Shown here one piece after another: positions 50,549 through 60,712 of a DNA stretch of 64,000 bases; the stretch's first letter is position 1, and each line of letters opens with the position of its first letter. Source of the stretch: Candidatus Marinacidobacterales bacterium. Its GTDB lineage: Bacteria; Acidobacteriota; Vicinamibacteria; Marinacidobacterales; SMYC01. The notes under the pieces are model-generated. The model was not told the origin of the DNA, made no database searches, and worked only from the letters and a program-made list of their open reading frames with translations. The translations under genes were made by a program, and so were the position numbers. The DNA is taken from NCBI GenBank assembly GCA_965237955.1, contig OZ250169.1, forward strand, positions 7,680,001 to 7,744,000, in the 5' to 3' direction.

Positions 50549-51726
50549 AGCAGACGCTTTATCTCGCGTGGCGGTATCTGGCGTTTCATCGCCTCAAGAC
50601 GTTCATCCTGCTCACGTCGATCACGTTGATCCTGTACCTGCCGGTAGGGCTTCGGGTGCTGGTGAATCAAAGCTCGGAGCAGCTCACCCGGCGCGCGGAG
50701 GCGACGCCACTCGTCGTCGGCTCGAAGGGAAGCCCTCTCGAGCTCGTTCTCAATACGCTGTACTTTCGTTCCGATTCTCCCGAGCCGATGCGCTACGTGG
50801 AAGCGCAAAAAGTACAGGATTCTGGACTCGCTCTCACGGTGCCGATGTACATCCGCTACCAAGCGCAGGGGTATCCCATCGTCGGGACGAGCTTCGAGTA
50901 CTTCAGCTACCGAGGGCTCGCGCTTCAATCGGGCCGCCTTTTCACGCTGCTCGGTGAGTGCGTGCTCGGCTCTCGCGTCGCCGAGCTTCTCGCCGCGAAA
51001 GTGGGGGATTCAATCACCTCGTCACCCGAGAACCTCTTCGATCTCGCGGGCGAGTACCCGCTCAATATGGGAATCGTCGGCATCCTGGCGCACTCGGACA
51101 GCCCCGACGACGACGCGATCTTCGTCGATGTCAAAACGACGTGGGTGGTCGAGGGTCTCGGGCACGGTCACCAGGATTTGGATGATCGGGACGCGGCGAG
51201 CGCGGTGTTGTCGCGAGAGGAGAACCGCATCGTGGCGAACGCTTCGATCGTCCATTACAACAAGATCACTCCGGACAACGTCAACGAGTTCCACTTTCAC
51301 GGCGACATCGCGGACTACCCGGTTACCGGCGTCATCGCGTTACCGCCCGATCAGAAATCGTCGGCGCTCCTGCAAGGACGGTATCAATCTGCCGAAGAAC
51401 GCACTCAAATCGCGAGACCGTCCGAGGTGATGGGCGAGCTCTTGGATACGATCTTGACCGTCGAAAGCTTCATCGTTGCGGGCGCGGTCATCGTCGGTCT
51501 CGCGACCCTGGCGTCGGCTTCGCTGGTGTTCATGTTGTCGCTTCGGCTACGGCGGCGCGAGATGGAAACGCTCTTCAAGATCGGAGGCTCCCGTGTCAGC
51601 GTGGGCGCGCTCATGGCCTCGGAGATGGTGGTCGTTTTGGTAGCCGGCATCGTCTTCGCCGCGGGGCTGACGATTCTCACGAGCCAGTTCGGGGCTGCGC
51701 TCGTGCGTGCACTCATTCGAATATGA
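50545..51726 (+). CDS. ABC transporter permease (FtsX/MacB-like)
   Basis: N-terminal TM, large periplasmic domain with GHGH, and C-terminal TMs with RRREM..L..IG. Confidence 0.85.
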   Translation: MKQTLYLAWRYLAFHRLKTFILLTSITLILYLPVGLRVLVNQSSEQLTRRAEATPLVVGSKGSPLELVLNTLYFRSDSPEPMRYVEAQKVQDSGLALTVPMYIRYQAQGYPIVGTSFEYFSYRGLALQSGRLFTLLGECVLGSRVAELLAAKVGDSITSSPENLFDLAGEYPLNMGIVGILAHSDSPDDDAIFVDVKTTWVVEGLGHGHQDLDDRDAASAVLSREENRIVANASIVHYNKITPDNVNEFHFHGDIADYPVTGVIALPPDQKSSALLQGRYQSAEERTQIARPSEVMGELLDTILTVESFIVAGAVIVGLATLASASLVFMLSLRLRRREMETLFKIGGSRVSVGALMASEMVVVLVAGIVFAAGLTILTSQFGAALVRALIRI

Positions 51727-52694
51727 GGTTCTCGATGCGTTGGATATCTCTAGTCGCTGCTTTGAGCGTCGCGTGTGGAAGCTCCGAGCCGGATGTCGCT
51801 CCGGACAGCTCACCGAGCGTCCTGAGTGTCTATACCGTGAACTACCCGCTCCAGTACTTCGCCGAGCGGATTGGTGGCGAGCATGTGGACGCCAGCTTCC
51901 CGGCGCCCGACGGTGACCCAGCGTATTGGAATCCCGACCCGGACGCGGTCGCCGCCTACCAGCAAGCCGATGTGATTCTGTTGAACGGGGCGAGCTACGC
52001 AAAGTGGGTGGCAACCGTGACGCTCCCGACATCCAAGCTAGTGGATACGTCCGAGGGATTTCGGGAACGCTACATTATTATAGAAGGCGCCGTCGTCCAC
52101 AGTCATGGGCCGGAGGGAGAGCACAGCCACGGCGAGACCGCGTTCACCACCTGGCTCGACCCGAATCTCGCCATTGAGCACGCAGCGGCCATTCGTGACG
52201 CCCTCGTCGCCGCACGCCCCGAGCACGAATCTGCTTTTCATGAAGGGTTCGCGTCGCTCGAACAGGATCTCGCCGCCCTCGACGAGCGGATCGAGACCGC
52301 GGTGACCGGCGGGGCGGACGTGCTCGTCGTCGGCTCTCATCCTGTCTATCAATATCTAGCGCGTCGCTATGGATTGGCGATCCCTAGCATGCATTTCGAG
52401 CCTGACACCTATCCCGAGGCTGACGGGTGGCAGGACCTCGAGCATCTGCTCGAAGACCATGCCGCGACGTGGATGCTGTGGGAGGGAGAGCCCATCGCCC
52501 AAACGGCGGACAGGCTCCGCGAGATGGATCTCGAAAGCGTGGTGTTCAATCCTTGCGCAAACCGCCCCGAGTCCGGCGACTACTTGTCGGTCATGGAAGC
52601 CAACGCGGCGGACATCGAGTCCGTCTTCTCGGCGCCCATGACGAAAAAAATGGCCTCGCCGGGGAGGTTCGTCCCCTCAAAACTCGTCCTTTAA
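51723..52694 (+). CDS. Metal ABC transporter substrate-binding lipoprotein (ZnuA/AdcA-like)
   Basis: Lipobox SVAC, NYPLQYFAERIGG, His-rich HSHGPEGEHSH, WLDP and SHPVYQYL. Confidence 0.88.
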   Translation: MRFSMRWISLVAALSVACGSSEPDVAPDSSPSVLSVYTVNYPLQYFAERIGGEHVDASFPAPDGDPAYWNPDPDAVAAYQQADVILLNGASYAKWVATVTLPTSKLVDTSEGFRERYIIIEGAVVHSHGPEGEHSHGETAFTTWLDPNLAIEHAAAIRDALVAARPEHESAFHEGFASLEQDLAALDERIETAVTGGADVLVVGSHPVYQYLARRYGLAIPSMHFEPDTYPEADGWQDLEHLLEDHAATWMLWEGEPIAQTADRLREMDLESVVFNPCANRPESGDYLSVMEANAADIESVFSAPMTKKMASPGRFVPSKLVL

Positions 52695-52912
52695 TTGTGT
52701 GGATCTACTTTGCGTTGTCACCGAGGGCGGTGAGCTTGTCCTCGTCGAGGCTGCACCTGACGCGCACCGTGAGCTTCGACGCGTTCCGGGGATCGAAGGC
52801 AAGACGTGGTTCGATAAGAAGCTGGTACGAGTGACATGACTACCTCCTGGCGATCGCTCGAGGCCACCGCGCGCCGATGGTACGTAACCATAAGGTCCCC
52901 GGCGAATGCTGT

Positions 52913-54214
52913 TTAATCGCGCCGCACGACGACGCCGTCCTTCATGACGAACGAGACGCGTTTCAAAGTCAGGATGTCTTCGAGGGGGTTCTCCGGCGTG
53001 CCGATGAGGTCTGCCGCCATGCCGGGTCGGATGCCGCCCCTTTGGTCCGCGATGCCGAGCAGTTTTGCGCCGTTTACGGTCATGGCCCGTAAGATGTCCT
53101 CGGCCGGCATCCCTGACTTGGCCCACGTGTCGAGAGACGCAATGGAGAGCTCGCCGCGCGTCACTCCGGGGCGCTCCATGAGGATATCGGAGCCGTACGC
53201 CATTTCGACTCCGATGCGGTGAGCTCGTTTCAAACGATCGAGCGCGACCTCGTAGATCCCGCCTCGAAACGCTTGAGCCGTGGTGTCGGCGAGCTCGCAG
53301 CCCACGAGAACGACTCCTCTTTCCTTGGCGAGCTCCAGCGTCTCGTCGTCCATCTCGTACCCGTGCTCGATCGAGGCAACACCCCCCTCGATTGCGTGAA
53401 TCGCTCCGGTCCGCGTCACGGCGTGCGCGGCCACCTTGAGCCCCGCTCTTCGCGCTTCTTCCACGATGAACTGAACGTCCTCCACGGAGTAGATGTATCG
53501 GAAGTCATCCATGACGATTTTGATCCACGACGCTCCGTGGTGAATGTTCTCGCGGATCGCTTTTTTCAACTCATCGTGGGTGTCGGCGTAGAAGTAGTCC
53601 GTAAGCCCCACGTCGGTATGCTCGGGGTTGAGGCGGAACTGCCCGCCATAAACAGAGATGATCTTGCCGGAGATGAAAGTCGTCGGACCGAGGACCTTCC
53701 CGATTTGCCCGGGACGTGCGATGGCGAACTCCGCAACTTGACCCATGTTGGCAATCGGAGGAACGCTCAAGAAGCGCAAGAGCGCTGCGTCGGCAAAATT
53801 TCCAGCGTTTCCGAGATCCCGTATGGTCGTGAACCCCGTTTCCAGCATCGATTGCGCATTGAGCAAGCCCTGGATGGCACGCTCCGCAGTGGGGACGTCG
53901 ACGTTGTACTGTTTGAGATTCGAGGTAGGGAACTTATACGAGGTCGCCATATGAGTGTGGGCGTCGATGAGGCCGGGAAGCACTGTCAGAGTAGACAGGT
54001 CTAGCTCTACCGCGCCCTCGGGGATCCTCGGGTTTTCACCCACGGCGAGAATGTTCCCGTCCTGGATGACGAGGGTCTGCCCCGTCCGTGTTATACCCGT
54101 CTCGGGATCGACGAGCTCACCCGCCTTGATGACGGTCACCTGGGCTTCTGCGGCCGAGAGCCATAGGGCAACGGAAACAGCGGTCGAAACTTTGAAACAG
54201 GTTTGGAGCGTCAT
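52913..54214 (-). CDS. Secreted amidohydrolase (Xaa-Pro dipeptidase-like)
   Basis: LPGLIDAHTH, GFTTIRDLG, KVAAHA, SIEHG, GSD and ADLI motifs. Confidence 0.9.
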   Translation of the reverse strand: MTLQTCFKVSTAVSVALWLSAAEAQVTVIKAGELVDPETGITRTGQTLVIQDGNILAVGENPRIPEGAVELDLSTLTVLPGLIDAHTHMATSYKFPTSNLKQYNVDVPTAERAIQGLLNAQSMLETGFTTIRDLGNAGNFADAALLRFLSVPPIANMGQVAEFAIARPGQIGKVLGPTTFISGKIISVYGGQFRLNPEHTDVGLTDYFYADTHDELKKAIRENIHHGASWIKIVMDDFRYIYSVEDVQFIVEEARRAGLKVAAHAVTRTGAIHAIEGGVASIEHGYEMDDETLELAKERGVVLVGCELADTTAQAFRGGIYEVALDRLKRAHRIGVEMAYGSDILMERPGVTRGELSIASLDTWAKSGMPAEDILRAMTVNGAKLLGIADQRGGIRPGMAADLIGTPENPLEDILTLKRVSFVMKDGVVVRRD

Positions 54215-54450
54215 TATTGATTCCTTTCGGGACTCAGTCGAGCGTGTCCCGTTGTATTTGAATGTGAGTGGCGGTGCGGTTTCAGCATGACTCTACCCAG
54301 CTGTCGCTCATCATTATTAGTCCGAACGGGTTCGCGGGCCAATGCCCGTCGGCGGGCCAAGGCTTCGGACGCTTGGTCGTTGCGAGGAAGGAAGACGAGA
54401 ACGAACTCGTCAGTACCCGGACGGAGCAACCGCGAGCGCCCAGAGTTGTG

Positions 54451-54602
54451 CTAGGCCGCTTCCCGCCACTCGTAACGATGATGAAGTCTACCCATTTTGA
54501 TGAGGGACAGGGATTTTCCCTCGTCGCGCCTTGTCAGCCGGTGCGACGCGGGGCCTTCACCACGGACTGCTAGGTGACGAATTTCTGACTCGGGACACTA
54601 AG
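54451..54602. mobile_element. Degenerate IS remnants (integrase-core C-terminus and an IS630-like end)
   Basis: The minus strand gives MGRLHHRYEWREAA*, resembling the 'GGLHHRY..AA' integrase-core tail. AATTTCTGACTCGGGACACTA at about 54580-54600 resembles IS630 termini. Confidence 0.35.
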
Positions 54603-55951
54603 TCCTCCACACAGCGGAACCCGGCATAGACATACGGATAGTGGGGCCGGAACCAGTTGCGCAGACTGCGGCGAACCAGCCCGGTGGCAGTCACCGGCGA
54701 CGCTCCCTTGATCACGTAGTGCTGCCCGTCGAAGAAATCGGCGGAGTACTCCGGATAGGAGGCCATCGGCCTGAACCCCGGAAACCCCTCGAACACCGTC
54801 GAGGTCCACTCCCAGCCGTTCCCCATCAGATCGTGCACCCCCCACGCGCTCACCGCCGTGGGGTACGACCCGACCGGCACCGGCTCCCAGTGCTGGAAGC
54901 CGAAGTTGCCCCGGGTCGCATCCGGTGGCGCCTCGCCCCACGGATGGGCGCGCTCGCCTCCCGCTGGTGTCCCGAACGCCGCGCGGTGAAACTCGGCCTC
55001 GGTCGGCAGCCGCAGCCCCTTCCACCGGGCGTAGGCAGATGCTTCAGCGTGCGACACATACACGGGCCAGGACGGCGGCAACGGGATCAACTCGAACATC
55101 CCGCGCCAGAACCACTCGCGCGCGTGGGGGAACCAGAACGGCGGGTGCTCGACCCCGGCGCCGGTCCGCCAGGCCCAGTCGGGGTCGGACCACCACTCGG
55201 GGTTGGTGTAGCCGCCCGCCTCGATGAACTCGAGATACTGCTGGTTGGTCACGTTGTGCGCGTCGATGGCGAAGGCAGGCACCTCGACCCGCAGACGTGG
55301 GAACTCGTTGTCCCAGCCGAACCGGATCTCGTCCGGCATGGCGCCGAGGGTCGCCCGACCGGCCGGAATCTCCACCCGCCGGGGATCCGGCACCGTGCCG
55401 TCGATGAGAACGGTGGCGTCGGCGGGCCGCCGTTTCCGCGACATCGGCAGCCGGTGCCACATGTAGGCCAGGGTCTCTTGGTGCAGCTCCTCGTGCTCGA
55501 TCAGCGTGAACACCGCCTGCCCGCGATGGAGCACCGGGTCACAGTCCCGCTCAATCTCGGCATGGTCGAGCGCGTCGAGAATCGCCTGGTCTGCGTCGGC
55601 GGCATACTGACGGACGGTTTCGCGGGTCGGCCAGGACCGTATCGCCGTAGCATCGGCCGAGGTCTGGTCCTCGGGGTCGATTCCCCGCGCGAACAGCCGC
55701 TCGAGATCCTCGTCCAGCCCCTCGCGACCCAGACCGCGTTTGATGAGGGTGTTGACGCTGAAGGCGGGAATATGCCCCTCGTAGAAGACCACGGGGTGAC
55801 GCAGGGGAATCGGCTGCTCGTAGTAGGCCTCCTCGGTCAACAGGTCGAACATGCCGGCGGTCCGCTGGCGTGTTTCCCGGAACCAGTCGATGCTGGCCTG
55901 TCTGTCGACCACTCGTTGCGACGCGCCGTCCGTGCGTGTTTCCTCCATCAT
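54557..55951 (-). CDS. OvoA-like/EgtB-family DinB plus FGE-sulfatase sulfoxide synthase without a methyltransferase domain
   Basis: LRHPVVFYEGH (OvoA-type), HEELHQET, FGWDNE, RLPTEAEF, GNGWEW, YSADFFD and YAGFRC motifs. Confidence 0.75.
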   Translation of the reverse strand: MMEETRTDGASQRVVDRQASIDWFRETRQRTAGMFDLLTEEAYYEQPIPLRHPVVFYEGHIPAFSVNTLIKRGLGREGLDEDLERLFARGIDPEDQTSADATAIRSWPTRETVRQYAADADQAILDALDHAEIERDCDPVLHRGQAVFTLIEHEELHQETLAYMWHRLPMSRKRRPADATVLIDGTVPDPRRVEIPAGRATLGAMPDEIRFGWDNEFPRLRVEVPAFAIDAHNVTNQQYLEFIEAGGYTNPEWWSDPDWAWRTGAGVEHPPFWFPHAREWFWRGMFELIPLPPSWPVYVSHAEASAYARWKGLRLPTEAEFHRAAFGTPAGGERAHPWGEAPPDATRGNFGFQHWEPVPVGSYPTAVSAWGVHDLMGNGWEWTSTVFEGFPGFRPMASYPEYSADFFDGQHYVIKGASPVTATGLVRRSLRNWFRPHYPYVYAGFRCVEDLVSRVRNSSPSSPW

Positions 55952-56082
55952 CGGGGTTTCGCCAGCAAGCATACAGATAGTAAATTCTATCTTGCGCTGG
56001 GTCGAATCACGAACGGTATTTATCATCTCGTCGGCGGATTTCCGCCATGGCCCACAATGCCGACGATACAAATGCCTATCAA

Positions 56083-56938
56083 TCACGCCGGGGTAGTGTT
56101 GCCCGAGTCGGCCTTGCGGAACGGCAGCGCGATCATCCACGACAAGCTCTGCCGTGGCTGGGCCTGGTACTCGTCCAGACCGATCGTCATGGCTTCGTGC
56201 CCCGAGGCTGGCTGGTCCCGGTACGTACCGAGCAGCCGGTCCCACCACGGAAAGTTGAAGCCGAAATTGCAGCTATGCTCGTCCCGGCTCACGGAATGGT
56301 GGACCCTGTGCATGTCGGGTGTCACGACGATCCGCCGTAAGATGCGGTCCAGACCCACCGGCATCCGGACGTTGGCGTGGTTGAACATCGCGGTGAGGTT
56401 CAGCGCCGTCTCGCCGATCAGCACCGCAACGGGGCTGGCGCCCATCGCAATCGTGGCTCCCATCTTCACCCCCATCGACAGCACGATGCTGGCCGTGTGA
56501 AAGCGCAGACCCGTTGTGACATCGAAGTCGTTGTCGGCGTGATGAACCTTGTGAAACCGCCACAGGATGGGGACGGCGTGGAATACCCGGTGCTGTAGGT
56601 AGATGGTGAAGTCGAGCAGCAGGACGGCAACCGTGACCTCGACCAGCGCCGGAGCGTCCACGAGGTTCAATAACCCCCAGCCCCGTTCGGCAGCGACTCC
56701 GGGCCGCGCCGTACGCGCCGAGGGGCACCGCGACCCGCAGGAGCACCGTGTTGAAGGTCGTGAGCGCGAGGTTGCTGGTCCATCGTCGCTTCCCGACGCG
56801 AAGCCGGCGCCGTGGTGCGGCGAGCTCCCACAGAGCCATCAGGCCGAACACTCCGGCGAAGGCTCCCAGCCGGATGCTCGCTTCGAGCGTCAGCACAACC
56901 ACCTGCGCATCTTCGGGTACCGCGATTGCGTCAGGCAT
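56083..56938 (-). pseudogene. Sterol desaturase/fatty-acid hydroxylase family, frameshifted near 56700
   Basis: The N-part (IRLGAF...WELAAPRR) and C-part (QHR, HKVHH, FNHAN, HRVHHS, WDRLLGTY) lie in different frames. Confidence 0.8.
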
Positions 56939-56939
56939 C

Positions 56940-57440
56940 GTCGCACAATGGGGGCGGCACCGTGTCCGGCGAATGAGACGCGTCCGTCGGTCGCATCGTT
57001 TGCGACGTCCTCCGGCAACTCGAGGTGCACGGGGCGGGGGCGTCCGTCGCGCATGGTACGAAACGCGTCGTGTACGACATGCGCGATTTGCGGGCCGCTT
57101 TCGATAGTGCGTGCGAACTTCGTTATAGGTGCCATCAAGATCGTTACATCGAGCAGTTGATATAGGCCCTGCTGGTTCTCCCTGATGGGCTTCTGGCCAG
57201 TGACGAACAGCACGGGGAAGCTCCCGAGATGAGCATGGGCGGCGGCGGTAGCGAGACGAGCGTAGACTCCGGCGTCGGAGTCGTCGGTGACGCTGAGCTC
57301 GTACGGACTCCCGTCGATGATGCTCGAGAACGAGTTGGTGATCTCGAGCGGATCGTCGAGCCCGAGCTCTCCCTCGTGCGCCTGGCGGAAGAGCTCGATC
57401 ATCACCGGAACCTTCATCGTGCTGGCCGCGTGGTATACGA
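56940..57440 (-). pseudogene. In-frame chimera of a class-A beta-lactamase-like fragment and an acetolactate synthase fragment
   Basis: [16 protein letters not shown]...[10 protein letters not shown] (SxxK) is fused near 57255 to [20 protein letters not shown]...[13 protein letters not shown] (ThDP enzyme N-domain). Confidence 0.75.
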
Positions 57441-57599
57441 CATGATACGGCGGAAGCCCGTTGCGATTCCAGATCGGGATCGATACATTGGTCGGGACGG
57501 CGAGTGCAACGTCTCGCCGCGCGTAACGCCGTCGGTGTCGAGTCGTTACCCGCTGAACATCGTGGCTCCGGCTGTCAACATCCGAGCTGAAATGTGTCG

Positions 57600-57680
57600 C
57601 TACGATGCGAGCTCGATGTCTGTCTTGGCGAAATCCTTGCCCTTAAAGAGGAGTCGGCCCTATTCAGACTGTTCAGCCCT
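57600..57680 (-). pseudogene. VapC (PIN toxin) C-terminal remnant
   Basis: Hand translation [19 protein letters not shown] resembles the VapC tail LLFKGxDFxxTD. Confidence 0.45.
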
Positions 57681-57823
57681 AGCGCCGACGGTCGTCTGCA
57701 ACGAAGACGTGTGGGCACCGCCGCTGCAGTGCCCGCTACCGGTCGACACGAGCATCATGATCACCCAGGAGAGTGGCGCATGGAACAAGTCTGGCCGGAC
57801 GTCCAGGAGATCACCAACCGGAT

Positions 57824-58225
57824 CTACGATGAGGTCAACGAGCGGTACGTCACGAACGCGAGCCGACGCTCTGGGAGCGGAACTGATTCCGCCTCGTTCT
57901 TCTCCGCACAATCCGCACGAAGTTGGCTAACTGCCGTGCGCTGCTGGTGGCAGCTTCTGCAGGAGACTTTACCGCTAGCCATGTTGGCCTCGTCGTATGC
58001 GTGCAACTCGTCGTACATTTGCTTGCCACTGTGGCGGGCAGAGCCAAGCAACAGGTGGCGGATGGTCGCCGCGAAGACGCTCTCGTAGCGATAGATTTTC
58101 TGCCGAAGCTCTGCGGTGGTGATGTCGACTCCGATGGCCTCCATCCCCGGGGTGCGCGGCGGTGGTACCGTCGAGCAGCCGACGCTCCACGCCAAGACAA
58201 CGATGGCCAGGTACCTGATGCGCGT
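57824..58225 (-). pseudogene. Lipoprotein remnant, possibly with a mutated start codon
   Basis: GGAGG RBS is followed by ACG and a lipoprotein-like signal RIRYLAIVVLAWSVGC. The downstream part looks mosaic. Confidence 0.3.
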
Positions 58226-58331
58226 GAATCCTCCCGCTCGCTAGATGGACTCCTCGTACGCTACAATATGAAGAGACCGTAACGCTAATCATCCTAATAT
58301 CTTTGAGGCGATCGCTTATGTCTGGCGCGGA

Positions 58332-58460
58332 CCAGTGTAGGCGGAGACTACCGCTACCGACCGTTTGGTATGCGCCCGTGATGGCCCACACGCACGAGTT
58401 TCCAGAGGAGTGGTCTACACTGGGATCAAGACCACCGACACCCCCCACTGTCTGGAGGAG
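58332..58460 (+). promoter_or_regulatory. Candidate structured 5' leader of the prkA operon
   Basis: CCAGTGTAG/CTACACTGG closes three small hairpins. An alternative pairing (TCCAGA/TCTGGA) overlaps the GGAGGAG RBS. Confidence 0.4.
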
Positions 58461-58464
58461 AACG

Positions 58465-60685
58465 ATGCTGACGGCGTTGAAAGATATTCTCGAAGGTTCC
58501 GGCGCTCCAGCTCCGGAGGAAGAGATCCACTCTTTTCCCGAGTACTTGGAGCTCGTCAAAAAGGAGCCGTGGATCACCCGGAACACGTTTCAGCTGCTGC
58601 ACGACATGCTGTTGTCGAGCGGCGTAGAGCGCACCATCGTGCCGGGCAAGCCGATCAAGCACCGTTACGGTTTTTTCGAGGACGAAGCTCTGGTCGCGAT
58701 GTACGTCGTCTTCGGCCAGCAAAAGGCGAAAGCGAATCTCGTCGAGAAGATCGACAACGCCTCGCGCGGGCTCGAAGCGTCGAAACGTCTGTGGATTCTT
58801 CTCGGGCCCCCGGGCGCCGCGAAGTCGCGCTCGATGGACGGCATCAAGACCGCACTTAACGTGTACTCGGCGTCGGACGAGGGCAAGACGTTCACGCTGC
58901 TCCTGCCCACGATCGACGATCGATTGAAAGAAAAAGCGCTCTTCGAAGAGAACGGCATCTACTACTTGCCGGCGCCGATTTTCGAGCGCCCGCTTCAGAT
59001 CATCCCCCAGAACCTCAGGCCTCAGTTCATGGCCAAGCTCAACGAGCTCACCGAAGGGGACAAGCTGAAGGGGTTTTTCGAGCGGCATCCTCATTATGAT
59101 GGTGACTATCGAATCACCGTCGACGGTCTCATCTCCCCGTTCGCGGATCATGTGCTTCACGAGTTCATGAAGGCGAAAGGTCTCGATTTCGCCGGCATGC
59201 TGCCGTTCGTGAAGGTCAAGCGCATGATCTACGACGCCCGCACGAAGACCGGTATCGGCTCCTACACCCCGCGCGACGAGAAGAGCCAGGAAGCCGGCTC
59301 GCTCGTAGGCAACATCGACTACAGCCTGCTCCCGCGCTTCGGTAGTGAATCCCACCCCCTCGTGCACGACTACAAAGGAGAGCTCTGCGCCGGCGCGAAC
59401 GGTTTCGTCGAGATCCACGAAATCCTGAAGCTCTCGGATCGCTTTCTCTACGAGCTGTTGTTCGCCACGCAGGATCGGTTCTTCAAGCCCGAAGGGCAAC
59501 CACCGGTGCCGTTCAACGGCGTCATCATCGGCCATACGAACTTCCACGAGTACAACATGTTCATGGCCAACGAGACGTTCGAAGCGCTGCGATCGCGGAC
59601 CACGTTCATCGAGATGCCGCTGTCGGTGAATTTCAAGGACGAGGAGCAGATCTACGAGTTCACCTACGCGAACGACCAACGGAAGTGGGCTTCGGACAAA
59701 AAGCACTTGGCGCACGTCGCGCCCCATAGTCTCGAGTTTCTGAGTCTCGTTGCAGCGATGACTCGCCTGTACGAGTCCAAGCAGAACCCGAACCTGACGT
59801 TGCTCCAAAAGGCGTTGATCTACGCCGGTCGGGCGGATAGCGGTGTCGATAACAACATGGCGCGCACGATTCTCGAGGAGTTCGAGTTCATCAAACCTTC
59901 GGAGGGCACGTTCGGGCTCGACCCCCGTTTCATCCAGAACGTGTTCGAGAACACCGAGCACTTCCAGATCAAACGAGTACGCCGCCAACATCAGCCGGCT
60001 CCAGGAAGACGACGCTGAGCCCGCCATGATTACTTCGATCGCGCTTCAAAACCCGTGCGTGGCTCCGATGGATCTCTACCTGCGGACCGAGAACTCCATG
60101 AAAGAGTCCTTCGCCAACAACAAGGCGAAGCTCGGCCACTTCGTGGAGAAAATCTTGCCGCAGGCCAAGCACTGGATTCTGAGCCAAATCGCCACCGATG
60201 TGTACGGCTCCGTGCTCCGGGACGAGTCCGTGGTGGAAAGCACGTGGAAGAAATACACCGACCACGTCAGGGCGTACGTCCACAACACCAAGGTCAAGCA
60301 CGAAGTGACCCACGCGGATGTCCAGCCCGACGAGAAGTTCATGCAGGCGATCGAGCAGTATCTAGGGATTGCCGAAAAGGACGTGTTCCGCAAGGAACTT
60401 TCGGACGCCATCGCGAGCGTGAGCCACTCCGTCCTCCTCGCGGACGAGCCGTCGTACCAGAGCGCCATTCGCCGCTACGTGTTCGAGAACGAGTTCAAGT
60501 CGAGCGAGAACATCAAGCTTTTGGGCTGGATCAAGAGTGGCTCGAGCGCCGCCGGCGTTCACTCGAAGGAACAGGAGCAGCTCAACGAGACCGTGAAATA
60601 TCTGATGGAGAACCTGGGCTATTGCGGAAAATGTGCGTTCCAAGCACTCACGATCACCGCAAGCTCGACCAGCATTTTGGACTGA
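58465..60685 (+). pseudogene. prkA: PrkA/YeaG-family AAA+ serine kinase, +1 frameshift near 59972 (real lesion or sequencing error)
   Basis: SFPEYLELVK, LLGPPGAAKS, RDEKSQEAGSLVGNI and GELCAGANG. An extra A in ATCAAACGAG shifts the frame, and the continuation NEYAANISRL...PDEKFMQAIE...GYCGKCA ends at 60685. Confidence 0.85.
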
Positions 60686-60712
60686 GCGGCTGGCAGCTGG
60701 AAGCTGAAACCC

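Noticed and set aside
57824-58195. c-type cytochrome, suggested by a CRSCH motif
   Set aside because: It is a single CxxCH in a mosaic, start-less remnant ORF with no cytochrome context, so it is likely chance or debris.
58320-58385. Sigma-54 promoter for prkA, by analogy with NtrC-controlled yeaGH
   Set aside because: The TGGC and TGGT candidates lack the GC at the required -12 spacing.
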